Below are positions 25,192-35,299 of a stretch of DNA of 38,028 bases, piece by piece. How positions within the stretch are numbered: position 1 is the stretch's first letter; each line of letters opens with the position of its first letter. Position numbers and translations under genes: made by a program. Below the pieces are notes generated by a model. That model did not search any database. It was not told where the DNA came from and worked only from the letters and a program-made list of their open reading frames with translations. This DNA comes from a virus (taxonomy: Duplodnaviria; Caudoviricetes): IMG/VR virus record IMGVR_UViG_3300037478_000472, positions 1 to 38,028 of that record. One strand, given 5' to 3'.

Positions 25192-26117
25192 GCGACGAGA
25201 ATGCACCGACCACACCCAATGCGGCGCCGACGTCGCCGACCGATGCTGCGCCTGATAGCGATGCTGCAGCTACACCGCCGCCCGAAGAACCGAAGTACGA
25301 GGCTACGGTCCGCGGTGAGAAGAAGGAGGTCCCGCTCTCGGAGTTGATCAAGCGGTACGAGAAGGCCGAAGGGCTTGAGGACGGCTATCGCGCCCTGAAC
25401 GCCGAAAAGAAGCGGGTGGAAGCCATCCTCTCGCGCGTGCCCGAAGATCCGATGGGCGCGATCGCTGCGCTCGTTGGCGACAAGAGCCGTGCGGCGAAGA
25501 CGGCGCTTGCGCAGATGATGAAGGATCCGGAGATCCGCGCCGAGGTCGAAGCCTACATGCTCGAGCAATACGAGTATGAAGGACTGCCGGTAGACGAGCG
25601 CAGGAAGGTGGACGAGACGCGCTCGCTGAAGGAGCAGGCCGAGGAGCTCAGGCGGATCAAGGCGGTAGAGCAGCAACGCCAGGAGCAGGAGCTGTCGGCG
25701 CGGTATCAGCAACAGCTTGGGCAGGCGTTCGAGCATGCGTTGACCGAGGCTGGGGCGCCGGTGAACAAATCGACGTTCCGGGCAATGGTCGCGCAGTTCG
25801 AAGGGGCGTTCGGGCAACAGCAGATCACAAGAGAGCTTGTGGCGGAGTTTGCGCAGGCGGCGAAGCAGGAGTACGAAGACGATCTACGCACACGGCTTGG
25901 GGGGCTCGACGTGGAGTCGCTCGCACAGCTGCTCGGTGACGATGCGCTAACCAACCTGCGCAAGCGGGACGTGGCCGCTGTCGAAGCGAAGAAGGGCCCG
26001 AAGATCGAGCGCATGCCCGCGCGCTCGGGCCCGAAGCCGAGCACCGAAAACGGCAAGAGGCAGAAGGGCGTCATCAATGTGGGCGACTACTTCGCCAAGA
26101 TCCGAGGGGAGCGATGA
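25188..26117 (+). CDS. Scaffolding protein
   Basis: Low-complexity N-terminus; ATVRGEKKEVPLSEL; long charged helices; lies between portal and capsid. Confidence 0.75.
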   Translation: MSDENAPTTPNAAPTSPTDAAPDSDAAATPPPEEPKYEATVRGEKKEVPLSELIKRYEKAEGLEDGYRALNAEKKRVEAILSRVPEDPMGAIAALVGDKSRAAKTALAQMMKDPEIRAEVEAYMLEQYEYEGLPVDERRKVDETRSLKEQAEELRRIKAVEQQRQEQELSARYQQQLGQAFEHALTEAGAPVNKSTFRAMVAQFEGAFGQQQITRELVAEFAQAAKQEYEDDLRTRLGGLDVESLAQLLGDDALTNLRKRDVAAVEAKKGPKIERMPARSGPKPSTENGKRQKGVINVGDYFAKIRGER

Positions 26118-26120
26118 CGA

Positions 26121-26423
26121 ATGGGCTACCGGCTCAAGATCGTCAGGTTCACGCGCGAGGCGGCCGCCGATGACGCGTTGTACTTCGGCACACGCGTGAC
26201 GATCTTCCGAGACGGGGAGCCGTACGACTGGATCCAGTTCGGCGAGTACGTCTCCGGCAAGATCCTCAGGCACGCGAAGTTCGTGCACGAGCTTGTGGCC
26301 GAGACGGTAGCTCGGCATGACGGCGCTTGCTACGGAGCAGCGCGGCGGGCCGTAGAGCTCTTGGAAGAGAGGGGTGCCTACAGCCGGGCAGACTTCCCGC
26401 ACTTGACGGGCGATTGCGACTGA
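26121..26423 (+). CDS. Hypothetical protein between scaffold and capsid
   Basis: 100-aa ORF filling the gap. Confidence 0.55.
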   Translation: MGYRLKIVRFTREAAADDALYFGTRVTIFRDGEPYDWIQFGEYVSGKILRHAKFVHELVAETVARHDGACYGAARRAVELLEERGAYSRADFPHLTGDCD

Positions 26424-26601
26424 CGGGGTAGGCATTGACTCGGATCTGTTCCTCGTAAATACTTCCTGCAAACCACCACTCGGCACTGGCGACGCAACCG
26501 TGTGAGCTCCTATCCCGCAAGGGACGCAGCCCCACGGCTCCTATCCGAAGCGCTGAGAGAAACCCAACCCGGCACTGGCCGGTTTTCTCTCGGAGACGGA
26601 T
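26424..26601 (+). promoter_or_regulatory. Structured leader of the major capsid gene
   Basis: Long non-coding gap with stems, a GCAA tetraloop and duplicated motifs. Confidence 0.5.
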
Positions 26602-27891
26602 ATGGCGATCGACGGCACGACTGGCGAAGGGCTCTGGAAGGACTGCTTCGGAGAGCTCGAAAACACGGTGCCCAACTGGGCGCTGGTGTCGAAAGACATC
26701 CCCTACAAGGAGCGAGCGAAGCTCGGCAAGAACTACCTCTTTCCCGTACGCCTGCGGCGCGGACACGGCGTCACGCTCGCGGGCGGCTCGACTGCGTTCA
26801 CCGCGTTCGCACTGAACGCAGTGAAGAGCGGGCAGACCGATGACGCGTCCGTCCAGGGCGCGATGTACGTGGGACGAGAGTCCTTCGCGTACAAGGCGGT
26901 CGCGGCGGGCCTGGCGAATGGCAAGCAAGCGTTCGTCGACGTCTTCGCGGACGGCGTGGAGGACCTCTACACGACTGCTTCCTTCTACGAGGAAGCGATC
27001 ATGCTGTACGGCCAGACGTCTTTCGGGACGTTCAACGAAGCTGGCCCGAACGCGACGACTGCGACGCTCGATCTCACCGTCGCATCGACTGCGCCTGGTC
27101 TCTGCGCGCAGCTCGAGGGAGCGTACATCGACGTCTACTCTGACACCGCCTTCGGCACGAAGCGCAACGCGACGAACCCCATCGAAGTAACGGGCTTCCT
27201 GTTCGATCCGGGCACTGGTGTCGGACAGCTCTCGCTCGCAGGCACGGCGTCTGACATCGACGCGATCGCAGTCGGTGACGTCTTCGTGCCGCGCGGCTGG
27301 TACAGCTCCGGCCACATGTCGTTCGCGGGCTTGGACAAGATCCTGACCACGACGAGCGGCACGATCTTCGGGATCGACGTCGGCACCTACCCCACGTGGG
27401 GCGGTACCACGTACGACTGCGGCACCGCGGCGGCGACCTTCCTGAAGATGATCAAAGCGGCCATCAGCATCGCGGTGCGTTGCCCGCCGATGGACGAGGA
27501 GATCACCGTCTACTGCTCGCCGATGACATGGACGGACTTCAACAACAACCACGCCGCACTTCGCCGCTTTGCGGAGAGCACGAAGGGCTCGCTCGATCTC
27601 GGCACAAAGAAGATCACCTACTACTCTAACGCGGGCGCGAGCATCTCCATCGTGTCGCACCCGATGGTGAAGGCTGGTGAGTTCTTCATGGGCTACACCA
27701 GCCAGGCTACGCGCGGCGGCGTGTCCGACCCGTCCTTCAACCTCGGCAAGGACACTGGCGGTGCAGAGCGCTTCCTGCGCGAGCTCGCCGAGAACGCGGG
27801 CTTTGAGATCCGCGTGTTCTGGGACCTGTTCATGATCCTTCGAAAGCCGAAGGCGTGGATCAAGGGCACAAACGTCGTCAACTCGCTCTGA
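26602..27891 (+). CDS. Major capsid protein
   Basis: 429 aa after the scaffold; GGAG RBS; strong C/G-ending codon use; LYGQ, FAGLDKI and IFGIDV..YPTW. Confidence 0.85.
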   Translation: MAIDGTTGEGLWKDCFGELENTVPNWALVSKDIPYKERAKLGKNYLFPVRLRRGHGVTLAGGSTAFTAFALNAVKSGQTDDASVQGAMYVGRESFAYKAVAAGLANGKQAFVDVFADGVEDLYTTASFYEEAIMLYGQTSFGTFNEAGPNATTATLDLTVASTAPGLCAQLEGAYIDVYSDTAFGTKRNATNPIEVTGFLFDPGTGVGQLSLAGTASDIDAIAVGDVFVPRGWYSSGHMSFAGLDKILTTTSGTIFGIDVGTYPTWGGTTYDCGTAAATFLKMIKAAISIAVRCPPMDEEITVYCSPMTWTDFNNNHAALRRFAESTKGSLDLGTKKITYYSNAGASISIVSHPMVKAGEFFMGYTSQATRGGVSDPSFNLGKDTGGAERFLRELAENAGFEIRVFWDLFMILRKPKAWIKGTNVVNSL

Positions 27892-27901
27892 GGAGCAAAT
27901 C

Positions 27902-28879
27902 GTGGCCGACTCCATCACTACGATTTCGATCTTTCAGCGTAAGCAGCCGGCGAACACGTCTGCCGCCATGGTGCCCTCGGTCAACGAGGGCAGTGCGGCG
28001 GTGATGTATGCTGCGAACAAGCTCTCGCAGATCGCCGGCGGCGTCGAAGGCGGCACCGTACAGGTGCGCGTCGACAGCGTCACCGGTGCAGCCGCTACGG
28101 GCTCGTTCACCTGCGTGCAGGCAAGCTGCACAGCGGGCGACAAGCTCATCTTCGTTGTGCCTGGCGCGGGGACCTTCACGCTCACCGCCGTCTCTGGCAC
28201 CCCGAACGCTCGTGCGGGCGAGTACGAAATCATCACCGGTGACACGGAAGTGGCGGTATCCGTCGTCGCGGCCATCACGGCGATGGACGGGCTGAAGGAC
28301 CACGTCACCGCCGAGAACGCCTCGGGGACCGTGACGTGGACCGCGAAGAAGGCCGGAGCAAACGGCAATAACATCGTCGTAAACAAAGAGCTGACGACGG
28401 CTGCAGCACACGTCATCACTGCAGCGAGCGGCGGCACCGACATCACGCAGAAGCCTACGATCCAGGTCGTCTTCGGGTCGGCGAACATTGTGGCCGACGA
28501 CACGATCTCGATCGGTGGCGTCAAGTACACGTGGAAGGCTTCCGCCGCGAGCGTGGACGAAATCACGCTGTCCACCACGGAAGCGACTGCCGCGGCGAAC
28601 TTTGCTGCGGCGATCACCGCCGATCCACGCTGGACTGGACTCATCACCGCGAGCGTGGTCACCGCAACTGTCACGCTCACGTGGGAAGGCGACCAGCGGC
28701 TGGGTCAGCACATCGTGATGGACTACACCGAGACGAACGCTACCTCTGTCGTGCTCACCGGGCGCGTAATCATCGGCAGCGGCGAGGCCTTCTCGATCGC
28801 AGCGGCGGGCACCGTGACGAACAAGGTCACGACCACCGGGCAGAGCGCTACGCGGCGCTACCAGCTTGGAGCTGTGTGA
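27902..28879 (+). CDS. Ala/Thr-rich structural protein with an internal duplication (decoration candidate)
   Basis: GAGGAG RBS; two similar modules, each ending AAITA. Confidence 0.65.
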   Translation: MADSITTISIFQRKQPANTSAAMVPSVNEGSAAVMYAANKLSQIAGGVEGGTVQVRVDSVTGAAATGSFTCVQASCTAGDKLIFVVPGAGTFTLTAVSGTPNARAGEYEIITGDTEVAVSVVAAITAMDGLKDHVTAENASGTVTWTAKKAGANGNNIVVNKELTTAAAHVITAASGGTDITQKPTIQVVFGSANIVADDTISIGGVKYTWKASAASVDEITLSTTEATAAANFAAAITADPRWTGLITASVVTATVTLTWEGDQRLGQHIVMDYTETNATSVVLTGRVIIGSGEAFSIAAAGTVTNKVTTTGQSATRRYQLGAV

Positions 28880-29106
28880 TGGACGAGACGCACACGCGTG
28901 CGATGAAATCGGCGCTCCGCAACCTCCGCCGCGAAGGCGGCAGTAAGCCGCGAGAGGCGCCGCGCACGCGCTATGTCATCGAGACGCCGACCTACCGCCT
29001 CGAGCACATGCCGATCGAGGAGTTCGAGGCGGAAGAAGCGCAGACCGAGCGTCGCGACGAAGACGAGAGGGCGCAGGAGCGCAAGCGCCGGCCGGGAGGT
29101 TACTGA
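28879..29106 (+). CDS. Small charged hypothetical protein
   Basis: TGATG coupling at both ends. Confidence 0.55.
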   Translation: MDETHTRAMKSALRNLRREGGSKPREAPRTRYVIETPTYRLEHMPIEEFEAEEAQTERRDEDERAQERKRRPGGY

Positions 29107-29852
29107 TGCCGCGCTCCATCGCGGATACGCGTGTCGAGCCTGATGGCCAGCACTGGGGCCAGTACACCGCTACGACGAAACTCCCGGGGACGGCCCTGGG
29201 AGTCGTCGCACCGCGGCTCACGGTCGGTGACGTCGCGGTGGTCAGCGGCCTGTTGTACGTGTGCGTATCGACTGCGCCTGCTGCGGCGGTGTGGAAGCAG
29301 GTGCTCCATCTTGACTCGAGTAACGCGGTCACGGTCTCTGCGCTCACGATCGCGGGAACCACAACCGTCGACGGAGACTTGAGCTCCACAGGGAACATCG
29401 ACGGCACGTTCATAGGCACGGTAGTGTCGAGTACCGACCTCGCTGCGTCAGGCGGCTTTCGGCAAACCGTCGGGCCGTTCACCGCGCCTGGTGCGGCTGG
29501 TGTGACCGCGGCATCGCAGACTAACCTCGATTGCCGTTACTCGCACACCGTGACGGCTGCCGCACTGAGCTACGTGGCGATGCGCGCAGGTTCGATCATG
29601 GGCATCAGCGGGCAGCTCAGCGCAGCGATCACAGGTGCGAGCACGACCATCACCATCAGCGCAACGGTCAATGGCACCGAGGTTGCGGCCACCGCCCAGT
29701 TCACTCAGGCGGGAGCGGAGACGACAAAGTTCGCGGTTGTTGCGAAGGACACATTGGCATTCGCGGCAGGAGACATCCTTGGTATCAGCTACACGAGCAC
29801 CGGCATCACGAATACGCCCGCGCTCGTAGCGGCACTAGAGATCGAACAGTAG
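29106..29852 (+). CDS. Structural protein (head fibre / decoration-like)
   Basis: Thr/Ala-rich; C-terminal beta domain with FAAGDILG. Confidence 0.6.
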   Translation: MPRSIADTRVEPDGQHWGQYTATTKLPGTALGVVAPRLTVGDVAVVSGLLYVCVSTAPAAAVWKQVLHLDSSNAVTVSALTIAGTTTVDGDLSSTGNIDGTFIGTVVSSTDLAASGGFRQTVGPFTAPGAAGVTAASQTNLDCRYSHTVTAAALSYVAMRAGSIMGISGQLSAAITGASTTITISATVNGTEVAATAQFTQAGAETTKFAVVAKDTLAFAAGDILGISYTSTGITNTPALVAALEIEQ

Positions 29853-29859
29853 GAGCCAT

Positions 29860-30828
29860 GTGGCGGTAACTGCTCTCACGACCGACGATCTCACGAGCGA
29901 GGTGAAGGATCTGTGCGTCCTTCCCGATGCCGACGCTCGCCTCGGCGCCACGACCGCCGCCGCAAATATCGCTATCTGCAAGCTCGCATCGCGCGTGCTG
30001 CGAACTGCGTGCGCTGACCTGCTGGTGAGCTCCCGTTCGGAGCGGCTGGTTACCGACATCATCGTCCCGAACGGCGGCAACTCGCAGACGATCGCCTCCG
30101 GCACGTACCTCTACGACGTGCCGGAGCGGGCGCTTGCAGCAGGCGTTGCCGATGTTCTGATCCTCGAGGTCGGCGCTACGACGTTGACCGAATGGAGCGC
30201 ACCGGAGGTACCAGCGACCGACGCGTGGCGCTGGACCAACTCCCACGGAGGCTGGGATTCGCCGTACGCCTATTGCTGGCGTGACCATCAGCTCGAGCTC
30301 CTGCCGCACCCGACCACGACGCAGTACCTGCTCCACATCTGGCATCCACGCGGCCTGATGCGGCTCGTGCCGACCGCATCGGCCGCCAAGGTCGCGAGCA
30401 AGACGGCCACGAGCATCACCACCGTGGCTACGGTGCCGAGCACATGGGCGAGCTCGGAGACGCTCGACATCATCCGCGCGAGCCGGCAGGGGCAACCACG
30501 CGGCATCGACCAGGCGGGCACGTCCATCAGCGGCACGTCCATCACCATCAGCGCTGGTGTTCCGACCGCTACCACGGCAGGCGACTACGTGTGCCTCGAC
30601 GGCGAGACGTGCGTACCGCCGGTGCCGGAGGTCGTGTGGCCGGTGCTCGTAGACGGCACCGCGCTCGAGGTGTTGCGCGTGGTTGGCGATCAGCAGTCGC
30701 AGAGCGACGGTATGGTGCGGCTACGAGAGAGCGTTGCGAGCGCGAAGAACCTGCTGACGCCGCGCTCGCGTGGAGCGAGCAAGAAGATCGTCGCACGCGG
30801 CTACGGCACGCGCAGGGGGTGGCGCTAA
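29860..30828 (+). CDS. Head-tail adaptor (tail tubular A-like)
   Basis: Position before the nozzle; helical ends around a beta-rich middle; YLYDVP, LELLPHP. Confidence 0.6.
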   Translation: MAVTALTTDDLTSEVKDLCVLPDADARLGATTAAANIAICKLASRVLRTACADLLVSSRSERLVTDIIVPNGGNSQTIASGTYLYDVPERALAAGVADVLILEVGATTLTEWSAPEVPATDAWRWTNSHGGWDSPYAYCWRDHQLELLPHPTTTQYLLHIWHPRGLMRLVPTASAAKVASKTATSITTVATVPSTWASSETLDIIRASRQGQPRGIDQAGTSISGTSITISAGVPTATTAGDYVCLDGETCVPPVPEVVWPVLVDGTALEVLRVVGDQQSQSDGMVRLRESVASAKNLLTPRSRGASKKIVARGYGTRRGWR

Positions 30829-33800
30829 TGGGCCACCCGACACGGAGCGTGCGCGCCGGCGGTTCGCTCGCCACCGACCCGAGCGCGCTGGAGACGCCGG
30901 AGAATCTCCGCACCGCGGATGATGTGCTGATGCATCGGCCGGGCGTCATCCAACCGCGGCCCGGCTTCGGCGATACGACGGGTATTGCGGCGCGTTCCAC
31001 CGCGTATCGCCCGATTGCGATCCGTGCATTCGACGGCGATCTAGTCGTGCAGTCGATCGACGGTGCCAACTATCGGCTGGAGAAGGGTTCCGCGAACGCG
31101 GTCTACACGGGAGACGTCACGCCGTTCGAGGTGGTCGTCAATCCGGTTGCCGGGTTTGCCGAGTCGCGCGAGTCGCTCTACCTGACGACGTCGACAGGCG
31201 TCAAGAAGCTCACCGGCGTAGCGGCCAGTGCGCTGGCCTTCGCGGGCGCGCGCACGTTCTACGTACCGCCGCTTCAGTTCGAGCAGACCAGCACCACTGA
31301 TCGTTACGCGAAGCTGTCCAACACGGCTGTTGCGTACAAGTATGCGTGGCGTTCAACGGATGCAAACGGTTACGTAAGGCGGTCAGCTTCGAGCTCGCGC
31401 TGGGTAGACGCCGCCGATCTACCGAAACATTGGACACTTTTTGATCGAATCTATCTGCCGTCGGGTATCGCAGCTGGCGATCATTTCGAGCTGTATCGCA
31501 CCGAGGCTGTCTCGCCGGAGACGGCAACGCCTGGCACGGAATACTTCCTCGTTGTCGATTACGCTGTGACTTCCACGGATGTTAGCAATGGCTACATCAC
31601 CGAGTGGACGATCGTCGACGACAAGCCGGACGCCATGCTCGGCGCCACGCTCTACACTTCGCCATCGCAGGGCGGCATCGGGCAAGCGAACGAGCTGCCG
31701 CCGTGTGCCAACGCGATCGCGGAGTGGGCAGGCGTGATGTGGTACGGCAACGTGCAGTCGCGCGCCGTCGCTCCGTTCGAGATCGTAGCTGTCTACGACA
31801 CCGCGAATCCTGATTGGGATTTCGTTGGGCTTCACTACAGCTCGCGGACCGGAGAGTTTTCGAGCGGCACAGATCTACTTACCAGCATCAGCGGCGTGGA
31901 CGGGATGAAGGTCGGTCAGTACGTGACCGACACCACCGACACTAACGGTGGCCCTCGCGTCGCCGGTACTCACATCCCTGCCAACACAACTCTCCTTACG
32001 CTGAACACGCGCAATTTGATCAACAACGCGTCGCTCGCCGACGGGAACACGCTCACGCTTTTTGGCGGCAAGAAGGTCTACACGTGGCGCACTACCGCAA
32101 CGCTCTCGGATGAGATCCAGATCGGGGCGTCCAGCGCAGCGAGCGCCACGAACCTGGTCAACGAGATCGACGGCGTCTCGTACGACACGACCGTTGGCGT
32201 CGATCTCACGTTGTCGGCCACGTCGGGTGGCGGGACCACGGTCGTCATCACCGAGACGCACGGGCATGGTGTCGAAGCGACGGTAAGCGGCGGTGGCGGA
32301 CAGACAATCAGCTACGACGGGACGATGAGCGCGAACGCGACTGCTACGGGCAGCGGCATCACGTTCACCGCCCGCGATTTTCTCGTCATCAATGGCGTGA
32401 CTTTCTGGACTGCCGCAAACCAGGGGGGCGAGTTCATCACGACGCTCAGCGGTCGAACGCCGGGAGGACGCCGCCAGCTATTCGGGCTCGACACGACAAC
32501 GTCCGGCGCGGAGACGAATACCGATCTTGCTGCCGAGGCCGCTGACCAGCTGATGCACGCGGTTGTGTCCTACGCGGTGATCACCGACACGACATGGGGC
32601 GTGCTCTGCTATCGCGATACGGATTTCTCCGCGGAGGACGACAGCGCCTTCGTGCTGCTCCGGCAGACGCCAGACCTCGGCACGTTCACGGTGTCGTGCA
32701 CTATTCGGCCGGAGGCGTTTCGGCCTAGCCTGCAATCGACGTTCACGACCGAGAGCACGCGTGCGCGGCACCGTCTGTTCTGGAGTAAGCCGCAGGAGCC
32801 CGAAGCCGTTCCACTCTTGAACTTCACTGACGTCGGGCGTCGTGACGCGGACATCCTTGCGCTTGTGCCGCTCGAGACGGCCCTGCTCGTCTTCAAAGAA
32901 GATGGGCTCTTCGCCGTAGAAGGCTACGCGCCCAACTCGTGGAGCGTGCGCGAGGTCGACCGCTCGTTGCGCCTGCTCGCTGCGCAGTGCGTATGCGTCC
33001 TCGGCAACGCTTGCTACGCGTGGACGAATCACGGTGTCGTCACGTGCACGCCGCACGGTACGCGGCCCGTCAGCCAGCCTATCGGCGTTACGTTGCGCGA
33101 TATCCAGCGGTTGCTCCCGCTTGATGAAGCGAACCACAAGCGCGGCTTTTGGATGGCCTCGCACGATCGGTTCGGGCTCGTGATCCTCGGCACTGGGTCG
33201 TCTACGACATCCACCAACTCGAACGCGCAGTACGTGTTTCACACGACAACTGGCCGTTGGGCGAAATGGAAGCTCTCGGCGCGGTGCCTGACGTACGACC
33301 CCGCGGAGGATAGAGCGGTCTACTCGGCCGCCATCGATGCATGGTCGGTGCTGTACGAGCGCATCGACGAAGACGCTGCAGCGACGTACGTGGACGCGTC
33401 ACTCGCGGGACTCACCGCATCGATCTCGGGCACGAGCGTTACCATCGCCACGAGCGCGTTCGGTGGACACACACCGCAGATCGGGGACGTAGTGGTGGAC
33501 GGTTCTTCCGTTGTGCGCCGTGTGACTGCGGTGCAAACGAGCGGTTCCGACAAGATCCTCACCGTCACGTCGTCGGGCATGTCGGGAGTGACTGCGGACT
33601 GGCACCAGCGTATTCGGTCCACACTCAAGTGGCAGGCGCAGACCATGCCGGGCCAATGTATGCGCTGGTTCGAGTGGCATGCACGCTGGGGCTCGAGCGA
33701 CTCGCAGTACATCTCCCCGTGGCCTGCGGAGTTTGGTGGTGCCTCAAGCGAGCGCGGCGGATCGGCCCTGAGCGCTGACGTGAAGCTTGCCACGGACCTG

Positions 33801-33965
33801 GGCGGCGAGTCTGTGGTTACCCGTGTCGGACCGCCGCGCGATCTGCTGCGCGTGACCGAGCTCTACCCTCAGATCGACATCCGCACTGCCGGTGTGTGGT
33901 GGGTGCTCTCGCAGTTCGATCTGCTCGCGGTGGCTCATCAGCAATCGCAGAGGGTGGCGCGATGA
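30828..33965 (+). CDS. Tail nozzle / stabilisation protein (tail tubular B / P22 gp10-like) with inserted domains
   Basis: TAATG-coupled start; RLFWSKPQEPEAVP, LLVFKEDGLF and YVFHTTTGRWAKW propeller-type motifs. Confidence 0.75.
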   Translation: MGHPTRSVRAGGSLATDPSALETPENLRTADDVLMHRPGVIQPRPGFGDTTGIAARSTAYRPIAIRAFDGDLVVQSIDGANYRLEKGSANAVYTGDVTPFEVVVNPVAGFAESRESLYLTTSTGVKKLTGVAASALAFAGARTFYVPPLQFEQTSTTDRYAKLSNTAVAYKYAWRSTDANGYVRRSASSSRWVDAADLPKHWTLFDRIYLPSGIAAGDHFELYRTEAVSPETATPGTEYFLVVDYAVTSTDVSNGYITEWTIVDDKPDAMLGATLYTSPSQGGIGQANELPPCANAIAEWAGVMWYGNVQSRAVAPFEIVAVYDTANPDWDFVGLHYSSRTGEFSSGTDLLTSISGVDGMKVGQYVTDTTDTNGGPRVAGTHIPANTTLLTLNTRNLINNASLADGNTLTLFGGKKVYTWRTTATLSDEIQIGASSAASATNLVNEIDGVSYDTTVGVDLTLSATSGGGTTVVITETHGHGVEATVSGGGGQTISYDGTMSANATATGSGITFTARDFLVINGVTFWTAANQGGEFITTLSGRTPGGRRQLFGLDTTTSGAETNTDLAAEAADQLMHAVVSYAVITDTTWGVLCYRDTDFSAEDDSAFVLLRQTPDLGTFTVSCTIRPEAFRPSLQSTFTTESTRARHRLFWSKPQEPEAVPLLNFTDVGRRDADILALVPLETALLVFKEDGLFAVEGYAPNSWSVREVDRSLRLLAAQCVCVLGNACYAWTNHGVVTCTPHGTRPVSQPIGVTLRDIQRLLPLDEANHKRGFWMASHDRFGLVILGTGSSTTSTNSNAQYVFHTTTGRWAKWKLSARCLTYDPAEDRAVYSAAIDAWSVLYERIDEDAAATYVDASLAGLTASISGTSVTIATSAFGGHTPQIGDVVVDGSSVVRRVTAVQTSGSDKILTVTSSGMSGVTADWHQRIRSTLKWQAQTMPGQCMRWFEWHARWGSSDSQYISPWPAEFGGASSERGGSALSADVKLATDLGGESVVTRVGPPRDLLRVTELYPQIDIRTAGVWWVLSQFDLLAVAHQQSQRVAR

Positions 33966-34315
33966 GCGTACTGCGCCGATACGTTTTCGACGACGCCAAG
34001 CTCTACCAGCTGGCGCAAGATCTCTATCAGGTTTTGAACGCGGTAGCCGGCGGCCTGCGCTGGAGTGATAACATCGCGCCGCTCATCACCTTTCGCTACG
34101 ACGGCGACCTTGTTCCGATCCAGGTACGTGGACCGCAGACAGCTCCGCTTGCGGTGCTGTGCCTTCGTGCCGTGAAGCTCACCGATCAATCGACCACCGA
34201 GAGCGGTGCGCGCGTGACGTGGTCACACAGCGGCACCGTGCTCCGCATCCACGCAATCGATCTGACCTCTTCCACCGAAGCCTACGACGTCCACTTGGGC
34301 GTCTTGATGGGATAA
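33962..34315 (+). CDS. Small tail-associated protein
   Basis: ATGA-coupled; LNAVAGGLRWSDNI. Confidence 0.6.
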   Translation: MSVLRRYVFDDAKLYQLAQDLYQVLNAVAGGLRWSDNIAPLITFRYDGDLVPIQVRGPQTAPLAVLCLRAVKLTDQSTTESGARVTWSHSGTVLRIHAIDLTSSTEAYDVHLGVLMG

Positions 34316-34321
34316 CAGACG

Positions 34322-35299
34322 ATGCCCACACGTCCGGGAGAAGGAAGCGAAGAAGAGCGGCGGCGGCGCTACGCGGAGGAGCGCGCGGATGAGCTCGAGG
34401 CTTACAGGGCACGAGCCACCCCGACTGGTGCGGATACGTACGGCGGGTACGGCGACCCTGAAACCGAGGTCAGTAGTTTCGATGAGACGAGCGCCGACAT
34501 TCCGATCTGGGGGTGGCTTAGCGGCGCAGGAGCGCGCCGTGACGCTGCTCGCAATCGTCAAGATCAGCTTGATGCGCAAGCGACGTGGCAGGGCATCGGA
34601 CAGGGGCCGAGCTGGGAAGAGCTCGCGCCGCAGTACCGTGAGGCGACCGGCGATGAGTTCGGTGAGCTCATTGGAGAGTCTGCGTTCGGCCAGGGCGAGG
34701 GCGCTGATGCTCGGTATCAGGTCGCGGCGCTCGACGCGCTGCAGAGCCTATACAACCAGGGCGGCTACACCGATGCGGATCGCGCGATGTCGCAGGCGAT
34801 GCGAGCGCAGCAAGCGCGAACGCTCGGGTCGGCGAATCAGGCGGCACTGCAGCAGGCGCAAGCGCGCGGCATGGGCGGAAGCGGTGCCGAGCTCGCCGCG
34901 CGCCTCTCCGGCTCCGAGGCGATGAACTACGCCAACTCTCAGAACGACGCCCAGATCCAAATGGCTGCGATGAACCGTGCCCTGCAGGCGATCCAGGGCG
35001 TGGGTACGCTCGGGACCGCGTACCAGAGTGGTCAGCAGAACCGCCGTGCCGCGCTCGACGCGTTCAACCAGAGCAATCTGGATTGGCGTCGCGGCCGCGA
35101 GACCCGCAACACGAACTGGGCGAATCAGGAAGGTACAGCGCGCCAGCAGGCGTACGAGAACGCCCAGAACTGGGCCGCCGGTATGACGAATCAGTACCAG
35201 GGCGCGCAAAGCAATCGTCGAATGGACGCAGGGCGACGCGACGAAGCGGACGAGCGCGGCGCCAATGCCATTGGCGCCATTCTAGGGGAGCTGTTCTGA
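34322..35299 (+). CDS. Putative DNA ejection / pilot protein
   Basis: Ala/Gln-rich helical sequence, AQARGMGGSGAELAA; follows the nozzle. Confidence 0.7.
   Translation: MPTRPGEGSEEERRRRYAEERADELEAYRARATPTGADTYGGYGDPETEVSSFDETSADIPIWGWLSGAGARRDAARNRQDQLDAQATWQGIGQGPSWEELAPQYREATGDEFGELIGESAFGQGEGADARYQVAALDALQSLYNQGGYTDADRAMSQAMRAQQARTLGSANQAALQQAQARGMGGSGAELAARLSGSEAMNYANSQNDAQIQMAAMNRALQAIQGVGTLGTAYQSGQQNRRAALDAFNQSNLDWRRGRETRNTNWANQEGTARQQAYENAQNWAAGMTNQYQGAQSNRRMDAGRRDEADERGANAIGAILGELF

Noticed and set aside
26465-26560. c-di-GMP-I riboswitch (GCAAACC...GACGCAA and GGGACGCAGCCCACGG resemble it)
   Set aside because: The GNRA-capped first stem and the second-stem receptor are not in the expected arrangement; a cmscan hit would be needed to call it.
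26266-27918. 550-aa minus-strand ORF (and similar ones such as 16563..18023)
   Set aside because: Antisense shadows of GC-rich genes with strong codon bias; no motifs or RBS.
30444-30827. Upstream ORF-track extensions (also starts at 1916, 2845, 9270, 14164, 20369 and 35083)
   Set aside because: They overlap real upstream genes; downstream coupled starts fit better.
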